The notes under the pieces were generated by a model that was not told the DNA's origin, did no database searches, and was given only the letters and a program-made list of their open reading frames with translations. A program made the translations under genes and the position numbers. Positions 26,865 to 33,896 of a DNA stretch of 33,896 nucleotides are shown piece after piece (the stretch's first letter is position 1; each line of letters starts with the position of its first letter). This DNA is from a virus (Duplodnaviria; Heunggongvirae; Uroviricota; Caudoviricetes), in IMG/VR virus record IMGVR_UViG_2548876958_000018; one strand, written 5' to 3'.

Positions 26865-27383
26865 ATGGCAATGCCGCGCAAACTCAAGTTAATGAACGTC
26901 TTTCTGAACGGCTACAGCTATCAGGGCGTCGCGAAGTCCGTCACGCTACCAAAACTGACCCGTAAGCTCGAAAACTATCGCGGTGCGGGGATGAACGGCA
27001 GCGCACCGGTAGACCTCGGCCTTGATGACGATGCGCTGTCAATGGAGTGGTCGCTCGGTGGCTTCCCGGATTCGGTTATCTGGGAGCTTTACGCAGCAAC
27101 CGGCGTGGATGCCGTGCCGATTCGTTTTGCTGGCTCTTACCAGCGCGACGATACCGGCGAAACGGTTGCCGTCGAAGTGGTCATGCGTGGACGTCAGAAA
27201 GAAATCGATACCGGCGAGGGTAAACAGGGAGAAGACACCGAGTCGAAAATCTCCGTGGTCTGTACCTATTTCCGGCTGACGATGGACGGTAAGGAGCTGG
27301 TCGAAATCGACACCATCAACATGATTGAGAAGGTGAACGGCGTCGACCGGCTGGAGCAACACCGCCGCAATATCGGCCTGTGA
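26865..27383 (+). CDS. FII: tail tube protein (172 aa)
   Basis: 172-aa ORF directly after the sheath gene. Confidence 0.85.
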   Translation: MAMPRKLKLMNVFLNGYSYQGVAKSVTLPKLTRKLENYRGAGMNGSAPVDLGLDDDALSMEWSLGGFPDSVIWELYAATGVDAVPIRFAGSYQRDDTGETVAVEVVMRGRQKEIDTGEGKQGEDTESKISVVCTYFRLTMDGKELVEIDTINMIEKVNGVDRLEQHRRNIGL

Positions 27384-27439
27384 TTTTCATCCGGTCAGCC
27401 TGGCTGACCGGTTAACCCTGATTCAGAAGTGAGAAAACC

Positions 27440-27715
27440 ATGAACAAAGAAAATGTGATTACCCTGGACAATCCGGTCAAACGTGGTGAGCAGGTTATCG
27501 AACAGGTCACGCTGATGAAACCCAGTGCCGGGACGCTGCGCGGTGTCAGTCTGGCTGCGGTCGCGAACTCCGAAGTCGATGCACTGATTAAGGTGCTGCC
27601 GCGCATGACTGCACCGATGCTGACCGAGCAGGAAGTCGCCGCACTGGAACTGCCTGACCTTGTGGCGCTGGCCGGTAAGGTGGTCGGTTTTTTGTCGCCG
27701 AACTCGGTGCAGTGA
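27440..27715 (+). CDS. E: tail assembly chaperone E (91 aa)
   Basis: 91-aa ORF immediately upstream of the tape measure gene. Confidence 0.7.
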   Translation: MNKENVITLDNPVKRGEQVIEQVTLMKPSAGTLRGVSLAAVANSEVDALIKVLPRMTAPMLTEQEVAALELPDLVALAGKVVGFLSPNSVQ

Positions 27716-27867
27716 CGTTCCCGAAAAATCTGTCGGTCGATGACCTGATGGCGGATGTGGCAGTGATATTTCACTGGCCGCCATCAGAACTGTATCCCAT
27801 GAGCCTGACCGAACTCATCACATGGCGCGAAAAGGCGCTCCGGCGAAGCGGAAACACGAATGAGTAA
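27440..27867 (+). CDS. E+E' tail assembly chaperone fusion made by programmed -1 frameshift
   Basis: T6 run followed by G (27688..27694) near the E 3' end; the -1 frame is open from there to TAA at 27865..27867, overlapping the T start; about 142 aa in total. Confidence 0.55.
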
Positions 27868-30307
27868 CAATGTAAAATTACAGGTATTGCTCAGGGCTGT
27901 TGACCAGGCATCCCGCCCGTTTAAATCCATCCGTACAGCGAGCAGGTCGCTGTCGGGGGATATCCGGGAAACACAAAAATCACTGCGCGAGCTGAACGGT
28001 CACGCATCCCGTATTGAGGGATTCCGCAAGACCAGTGCACAGCTCGCCGTGACTGGTCATGCACTTGAAAAGGCACGGCAGGAAGCCGAAGCCCTTGCCA
28101 CACAGTTTAAAAACACCGAACGTCCGACCCGTGCTCAGGCGAAAGTGCTGGAATCCGCAAAGCGTGCGGCGGAGGACTTACAGGCGAAATATAACCGCCT
28201 GACAGATTCCGTTAAACGCCAGCAGCGGGAACTGGCCGCTGTGGGAATTAATACCCGCAATCTTGCACATGATGAGCAGGGACTGAAAAACCGTATCAGT
28301 GAAACCACCGCACAGCTTAACCGTCAGCGTGATGCGCTGGCGCGTGTCAGTGCGCAACAGGCAAAACTTAACGCAGTAAAACAGCGTTATCAGGCCGGAA
28401 AGGAACTGGCCGGAAATATGGCCTCAGTGGGCGCTGCCGGTGTGGGGATTGCGGCGGCGGGAACGATGGCCGGTGTTAAGCTACTGATGCCCGGTTATGA
28501 GTTTGCGCAGAAAAACTCAGAATTGCAGGCCGTGCTAGGTGTGGCAAAAGACTCCGCCGAAATGGCCGCACTCCGCAAGCAGGCGCGCCAGCTCGGCGAC
28601 AATACCGCCGCCTCGGCAGATGATGCAGCCGGTGCGCAGATTATTATTGCGAAAGCCGGTGGGGATGTTGATGCCATTCAGGCGGCAACGCCGGTCACGC
28701 TGAACATGGCGCTGGCGAACCGCCGCACGATGGAAGAAAACGCCGCCCTGTTGATGGGGATGAAATCCGCCTTTCAGCTTTCAAACGATAAGGTCGCTCA
28801 TATCGGGGATGTTCTCTCCATGACGATGAACAAAACCGCCGCCGATTTTGACGGCATGAGCGATGCGCTGACCTATGCCGCACCTGTGGCAAAAAATGCC
28901 GGTGTCAGCATTGAAGAAACCGCCGCAATGGTCGGGGCGCTGCATGATGCAAAAATTACCGGTTCAATGGCGGGGACGGGAAGCCGTGCCGTGTTAAGCC
29001 GCCTGCAGGCACCGACGGGAAAAGCATGGGATGCACTGAAAGAGCTTGGTGTGAAAACCTCAGACAGCAAGGGAAACACCCGGCCAGTATTTACCATTCT
29101 GAAAGAAATGCAGGCCAGTTTTGAGAAAAACCGGCTCGGTACTGCCCAGCAGGCTGAATACATGAAAACCATTTTCGGGGAGGAGGCCAGCTCAGCCGCC
29201 GCCGTGCTGATGACTGCCGCCTCAACCGGAAAGCTGGACAAACTGACCGCTGCGTTTAAAGCCTCAGACGGGAAGACCGCCGAGCTGGTAAATATCATGC
29301 AGGACAACCTCGGCGGTGACTTTAAGGAGTTTCAGTCCGCTTATGAGGCGGTGGGGACAGACCTGTTTGACCAGCAGGAAGGCGCGCTGCGTAAGCTCAC
29401 GCAGACGGCCACAAAGTATGTGTTAAAACTCAACGGCTGGATACAGAAAAACAAATCACTGGCGTCAACCATCGGCCTCATTGTCGGTGGCGCACTGGCG
29501 CTTACTGGCATCATCGGTGCCATTGGTCTTGTAGCCTGGCCGGTTATCACCGGCATTAATGCCATCATCGCGGCAGCAGGCGCAATGGGGGCAATTTTCA
29601 TGACGGTTGGCAGTGCTGTTATGACCGCCATCGGGGCGATTAGCTGGCCGGTTGTGGCCGTGGTGGCCGCCATTGTCGCCGGGGCGTTACTTATCCGTAA
29701 ATACTGGGAGCCTGTCAGCGCATTCTTTGGCGGTGTGGTTGAAGGGCTGAAAGCGGCATTTGCGCCGGTGGGGGAACTGTTCACGCCACTGAAACCGGTG
29801 TTTGACTGGCTGGGTGAAAAGTTACAGGCCGCGTGGCAGTGGTTTAAAAACCTGATTGCCCCGGTCAAAGCCACTCAGGACACCCTGAACAGTTGCCGTG
29901 ACACGGGGGGCATGTTCGGGCAGGCACTGGCTGACGCGCTGATGCTGCCGCTTAATGCGTTCAACAATCTGCGCAGCGGTATTGACTGGGTACTGGAAAA
30001 ACTCGGTGTTATCAACAAAGAGTCAGACACACTTGACCAGACCGCCGCCAGAACTCATGCCGCCACGTATGGCACCGGTGGTTATATTCCGGCGACCAGC
30101 TCTTATGCAGGCTATCAGGCTTATCAGCCGGTCACGGCACCGGCTGGCCGCTCTTATGTGGACCAGAGTAAAAACGAATATCACATCAGCCTGACGGGTG
30201 GTACTGCGCCGGGGACACAGCTTGACCGCCAGTTACAGGATGCGCTCGAAAAATACGAGCGGGATAAACGTGCGCGCGCCCGTGCCAGCATGATGCATGA
30301 CGGTTAA
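27860..30307 (+). CDS. T: tail tape measure protein (815 aa)
   Basis: 815-aa ORF; Ala/Gly-rich with coiled-coil-like N-terminal half and hydrophobic Gly/Ala-rich segments. Confidence 0.9.
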   Translation: MSNNVKLQVLLRAVDQASRPFKSIRTASRSLSGDIRETQKSLRELNGHASRIEGFRKTSAQLAVTGHALEKARQEAEALATQFKNTERPTRAQAKVLESAKRAAEDLQAKYNRLTDSVKRQQRELAAVGINTRNLAHDEQGLKNRISETTAQLNRQRDALARVSAQQAKLNAVKQRYQAGKELAGNMASVGAAGVGIAAAGTMAGVKLLMPGYEFAQKNSELQAVLGVAKDSAEMAALRKQARQLGDNTAASADDAAGAQIIIAKAGGDVDAIQAATPVTLNMALANRRTMEENAALLMGMKSAFQLSNDKVAHIGDVLSMTMNKTAADFDGMSDALTYAAPVAKNAGVSIEETAAMVGALHDAKITGSMAGTGSRAVLSRLQAPTGKAWDALKELGVKTSDSKGNTRPVFTILKEMQASFEKNRLGTAQQAEYMKTIFGEEASSAAAVLMTAASTGKLDKLTAAFKASDGKTAELVNIMQDNLGGDFKEFQSAYEAVGTDLFDQQEGALRKLTQTATKYVLKLNGWIQKNKSLASTIGLIVGGALALTGIIGAIGLVAWPVITGINAIIAAAGAMGAIFMTVGSAVMTAIGAISWPVVAVVAAIVAGALLIRKYWEPVSAFFGGVVEGLKAAFAPVGELFTPLKPVFDWLGEKLQAAWQWFKNLIAPVKATQDTLNSCRDTGGMFGQALADALMLPLNAFNNLRSGIDWVLEKLGVINKESDTLDQTAARTHAATYGTGGYIPATSSYAGYQAYQPVTAPAGRSYVDQSKNEYHISLTGGTAPGTQLDRQLQDALEKYERDKRARARASMMHDG

Positions 30308-30321
30308 GGAGGTGACGAAAA

Positions 30322-30801
30322 ATGATGCTCGCGTTAGGTATGTTTGTTTTTATGCGCCAGACGCTGCCACACCAGACCATGCAGCGTGAATCAGATTATC
30401 GCTGGCCGTCAAATTCCCGTATCGGTAAACGGGATGCCTACCAGTTTCTCGGCGTTGGTGAGGAAAACATGACGCTTGCCGGTGTGCTTTATCCCGAACT
30501 GACCGGCGGCAAGCTGACGATGACCACGCTCAGGATGATGGCTGAGGAAGGCCGGGCGTGGCCGTTGCTGGATGGCACCGGCATGATCTACGGCATGTAT
30601 GTTATCAGCAGGGTGAGTGAAACAGGGAGTATTTTCTTTGCAGACGGCACACCCCGGAAAATTGATTTTACGCTGTCGCTCACCCGCGTTGATGAATCAC
30701 TGGCCGCGCTTTATGGCGATATCGGTAAACAGGCGGAATCGCTCATCGGTAAAGCTGGCAGTATGGCGACCAGATTCACGGGTATGACGGGGGCGGGATA
30801 A
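30322..30801 (+). CDS. U: tail protein U (159 aa)
   Basis: 159-aa ORF after T. Confidence 0.75.
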   Translation: MMLALGMFVFMRQTLPHQTMQRESDYRWPSNSRIGKRDAYQFLGVGEENMTLAGVLYPELTGGKLTMTTLRMMAEEGRAWPLLDGTGMIYGMYVISRVSETGSIFFADGTPRKIDFTLSLTRVDESLAALYGDIGKQAESLIGKAGSMATRFTGMTGAG

Positions 30802-31964
30802 TGCTGGATGCACTGACATTTGATGCAGGCAGTACGCTGACGCCGGATTACATGCTGATGCTCGACAGCAGGGATATTACCGGCAATATCAGCGACCGTC
30901 TGATGAGCATGACTCTGACGGATAACCGGGGCTTTGAGGCTGACCAGCTTGATATTGAACTGAACGATGCCGACGGGCAGGTAGGGCTACCGGTTCGTGG
31001 CGCTGTCCTGACGGTGTATATCGGCTGGAAAGGTTTTGCCCTGGTATGCAAAGGGAAATTTACCGTTGATGAGGTTGAACACCGGGGCGCGCCGGATGTG
31101 GTTACCATCCGCGCCCGAAGTGCAGATTTTCGCGGGACGCTCAATTCCCGCCGTGAAGGCTCATGGCATGACACCACGCTCGGTGCGATTGTTGAGGCGA
31201 TAGCCTCCCGTAACAGGCTGGAAGCCAGTGTTGCTCCGTCACTGGCCGGAATTAAAATCCCGCACATCGACCAGTCGCAGGAGTCTGATGCGAAATTCCT
31301 GACCCGTCTTGCAGAACGCAACGGCGGTGAGGAGTCGGTAAAAATGGGAAAACTGTTGTTTCTCAAAGCGGGGCAGGGGGTGACGGCCAGTGGTAAAAAA
31401 ATCCCGCAGGTCACCATAACCCGCAGCGACGGCGACCGCCATCATTTTGCGATTGCTGACCGTGGAGCCTATACCGGCGTAACGGCAAAGTGGTTACACA
31501 CCAAAGACCCGAAGCCGCAAAAGCAGAAGGTAAAACTGAAACGCAAAAAGAAAGAGAAACACCTGCGCGCACTGGAGCACCCGAAAGCGAAACCAGTCAC
31601 GCAGAAGAAAGCGCCAAAAGTACCGGAAGCGCGCGAAGGTGAATACATGGCTGGTGAGGCTGATAACGTTTTTGCCCTGACCACGGTATATGCCACGAAA
31701 GCGCAGGCTATGCGCGCCGCTCAGGCGAAGTGGGACAAACTGCAACGGGGCGTTGCGGAGTTCTCCATCAGCCTTGCCACTGGTCGGGCAGATATTTACA
31801 CGGAAACGCCGGTTAAAGTGTCAGGCTTTAAGCGCGTCATAGACGAGCAGGACTGGACCATCACTAAGGTGACACATTTTCTGAATAATAGCGGCTTCAC
31901 GACGTCCTTAGAGCTTGAGGTCAGGCTTTCTGATGTGGAGTACGAAACAGAAGATGATGAGTGA
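30801..31964 (+). CDS. D: tail protein D (387 aa)
   Basis: 387-aa ORF; stop/start overlap with U (ATAATG). Confidence 0.8.
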   Translation: MLDALTFDAGSTLTPDYMLMLDSRDITGNISDRLMSMTLTDNRGFEADQLDIELNDADGQVGLPVRGAVLTVYIGWKGFALVCKGKFTVDEVEHRGAPDVVTIRARSADFRGTLNSRREGSWHDTTLGAIVEAIASRNRLEASVAPSLAGIKIPHIDQSQESDAKFLTRLAERNGGEESVKMGKLLFLKAGQGVTASGKKIPQVTITRSDGDRHHFAIADRGAYTGVTAKWLHTKDPKPQKQKVKLKRKKKEKHLRALEHPKAKPVTQKKAPKVPEAREGEYMAGEADNVFALTTVYATKAQAMRAAQAKWDKLQRGVAEFSISLATGRADIYTETPVKVSGFKRVIDEQDWTITKVTHFLNNSGFTTSLELEVRLSDVEYETEDDE

Positions 31965-32045
31965 TATTTTTATTTTATATGTTTGTTTTATAAGGATAAA
32001 TTAACTAAAATGACACCATCAACAAAACCGGAAGAGGTGCTCGCG

Positions 32046-32264
32046 ATGTTTCATTGTCCTTTATGCCAGCATGCCGCACATGCGCGTACAAGTCGCTATA
32101 TCACTGACACGACAAAAGAGCGTTATCACCAGTGTCAGAACGTGAATTGCAGCGCCACGTTCATCACTTATGAGTCGGTACAGCGATACATCGTGAAGCC
32201 GGGAGAAGTCCACGCCGTGAGGCCGCACCCGTTGCCGTCAGGGCAGCAAATTATGTGGATGTGA
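32046..32264 (+). CDS. ogr: late-gene transcription activator Ogr (72 aa zinc finger)
   Basis: ATG at 32046 after GAGGTG; four-Cys motif CPLC...(21 aa)...CQNVNC; last phage gene before attR. Confidence 0.8.
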   Translation: MFHCPLCQHAAHARTSRYITDTTKERYHQCQNVNCSATFITYESVQRYIVKPGEVHAVRPHPLPSGQQIMWM

Positions 32265-32275
32265 TCACAAAAATA

Positions 32276-32299
32276 GCCCCTCAGTCGAGGGGCTTTTTT
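32276..32299 (+). terminator. rho-independent terminator after ogr
   Basis: GCCCCTC stem, AGTC loop, GAGGGGC stem, then T6 (32294..32299). Confidence 0.65.
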
Positions 32300-32362
32300 G
32301 TCGATGTGGTCAATGTGTGGACGTGACCAGAAATAAATCCTTTTATTTCATTGTATTACGCG

Positions 32363-32390
32363 TAAAAAATAAGCCCGTGTAAGGGAGATT
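32363..32390. repeat. attR core: 28-bp direct repeat overlapping the cyaR 3' terminator
   Basis: identical to 476..503. Confidence 0.85.
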
Positions 32391-32450
32391 ACACAGGCTA
32401 AGGAGGTGGTTCCTGGTACAGCTAGCATTTTATGGGTTATGTTTTTCAGC
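32364..32450 (-). ncRNA. cyaR: CyaR (RyeE) Hfq-dependent small RNA
   Basis: Minus-strand sequence GCTGAAAAACATAACCCATAAAATGCTAGCTGTACCAGGAACCACCTCCTTAGCCTGTGTAATCTCCCTTACACGGGCTTATTTTTT matches the CyaR sequence as I recall it, including the terminator hairpin and U-tail; adjacent to yegQ as in E. coli. Confidence 0.85.
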
Positions 32451-32534
32451 GAAACGGATGATAACCTTAATAAATGCAGCTGTATGTGATCGGTTTCTAA
32501 GAATTTTCCATCCGGGAAAAATAATCGAAATTAA

Positions 32535-33896
32535 TCACTTACCGTGGGGATTACGCGTGGTTTCCCCGGAGAAATTACGCATCAGCAGCGCGTAATTGAG
32601 CTCAAGATCCTGCGGGACCGGGAGCCACACAGTATAACCATCGCCTGGTGCTATCGGCATAGCTTCGCCTTTGGCGTTTTCCATGTGCTCAAGGGTAAAA
32701 TTAATGTTGCCTTGCGGCGTCATCAGCTCAAGGCTGTCGCCAACGGAGAATTTATTTTTCACCGCTACCGCCGCGAGGTCCCCCTTGCGCTCACCGGTAA
32801 ACTCACCAACAAACTGCTGGCGGTCAGAAACTGAATAACCGTATTCGTAGTTCTGATAATCGTCGTGAGTATGACGACGCAGGAAACCTTCGGTATAGCC
32901 ACGATGCGCCAGACCTTCCAGAGTTTCCAGCAGGCTGGTATCGAACGGTTTTCCCGCAGCGGCGTCATCGATAGCTTTGCGGTAAACCTGTGCGGTGCGT
33001 GCACAATAGTAGAAAGATTTGGTACGACCTTCGATTTTCAGCGAATGCACGCCCATTTTGGTCAGGCGTTCTACATGGGCGATGGCGCGCAGATCTTTCG
33101 AGTTCATGATGTAAGTGCCGTGCTCATCTTCAAACGCGGTCATATACTCGCCCGGACGCTGGGCCTCTTCGATCATAAACACTTTGTCGGTTGGTGCGCC
33201 GATACCCAGCGTCGGCTCAACATTTTGCACCGGAATCGGCTCGTACTTGTGTACGATGTTGCCAACATCATCTTCTTTCCCTTCCTGGACGTTGTACTCC
33301 CAGCGGCAGGCGTTGGTGCAGGTGCCCTGGTTCGGGTCGCGCTTGTTGATATAGCCAGAGAGCAGGCAGCGACCGGAGTAGGCCATGCACAGCGCGCCGT
33401 GAACGAAGATCTCGATCTCCATATCCGGCACCTGATTGCGGATCTCTTCAATCTCTTCCAGCGACAGCTCGCGAGAGAGGATCACGCGGGTCAGGCCCAT
33501 TTGCTGCCAGAATTTCACCGTCGCCCAGTTCACGGCGTTAGCCTGCACCGAAAGGTGGATCGGCATTTCAGGGAAGTGCTCACGCACCAGCATAATCAGC
33601 CCTGGATCGGACATAATCAGCGCATCCGGCCCCATTTCCACCACCGGTTTCAGGTCACGGATAAAGGTTTTCAGCTTGGCGTTGTGCGGTGCAATGTTGA
33701 CCACGACATAAAACTTTTTCCCCAGCGCGTGGGCTTCATTGATGCCGAGCTGAAGATTTTCGTGGTTGAATTCGTTGTTGCGCACACGCAGGGAATAACG
33801 CGGCTGGCCCGCATAAACAGCATCTGCGCCATAAGCGAAAGCGTAACGCATATTTTTCAGCGTTCCCGCCGGGGAAAGGAGTTCCGGTTTAAACAT
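32535..33896 (-). CDS. yegQ: U32-family peptidase YegQ (453 aa), host gene
   Basis: Complete 453-aa ORF starting with ATG at the window edge (MFKPELLSPAGTLKNMRYAFAYGADAVYAGQPRYSLR...); GC-typical host codon usage; next to cyaR. Confidence 0.85.
   Translation of the reverse strand: MFKPELLSPAGTLKNMRYAFAYGADAVYAGQPRYSLRVRNNEFNHENLQLGINEAHALGKKFYVVVNIAPHNAKLKTFIRDLKPVVEMGPDALIMSDPGLIMLVREHFPEMPIHLSVQANAVNWATVKFWQQMGLTRVILSRELSLEEIEEIRNQVPDMEIEIFVHGALCMAYSGRCLLSGYINKRDPNQGTCTNACRWEYNVQEGKEDDVGNIVHKYEPIPVQNVEPTLGIGAPTDKVFMIEEAQRPGEYMTAFEDEHGTYIMNSKDLRAIAHVERLTKMGVHSLKIEGRTKSFYYCARTAQVYRKAIDDAAAGKPFDTSLLETLEGLAHRGYTEGFLRRHTHDDYQNYEYGYSVSDRQQFVGEFTGERKGDLAAVAVKNKFSVGDSLELMTPQGNINFTLEHMENAKGEAMPIAPGDGYTVWLPVPQDLELNYALLMRNFSGETTRNPHGK

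Larger units (their letters stand above)
476..32390. mobile_element. P2-like temperate prophage, full gene complement, integrated at cyaR
   Basis: 28-bp direct repeat at both ends; integrase beside left repeat and ogr beside right repeat; complete P2-order immunity, replication, packaging, head, lysis and tail modules; cos-like 19-mer inside. Confidence 0.9.

Overview
The window is essentially one complete P2-like temperate prophage of about 31.9 kb (476..32390). It is bounded by a 28-bp direct repeat (att core) and sits at the 3' end of the host sRNA gene cyaR, between a small host lipoprotein gene (1..318) and the host U32-peptidase gene yegQ (32535..33896). Gene order follows the P2 map: attL-int-C-cox-B-(small early ORFs)-A-[cargo]-cos-Q-P / O-N-M-L-X-Y-K-lysA-lysB(lysC)-R-S-[cargo]-V-W-J-I-H-G-[cargo]-FI-FII-E(E')-T-U-D-ogr-attR. 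Three AT-rich accessory islands occupy the three classic P2 moron positions: (1) between A and cos, a C-protein-controlled Type II restriction-modification cassette (m5C methyltransferase, HTH controller, putative PD-(D/E)xK endonuclease) where P2 carries tin/old; (2) between S and V, an antisense 261-aa three-TM membrane protein; (3) between G and FI, a 197-aa N-terminally anchored protein. These three islands are the best candidates for an anti-phage or exclusion system, and the two single-gene islands have no recognisable motifs. Two essential phage genes (A replication initiator, O capsid scaffold) are each interrupted by a one-base frameshift at a homopolymer, so the prophage is either defective or the sequence carries indel errors. 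All calls rest on reading frames, motifs, gene lengths recalled for P2, and synteny; no database search or computation was run.
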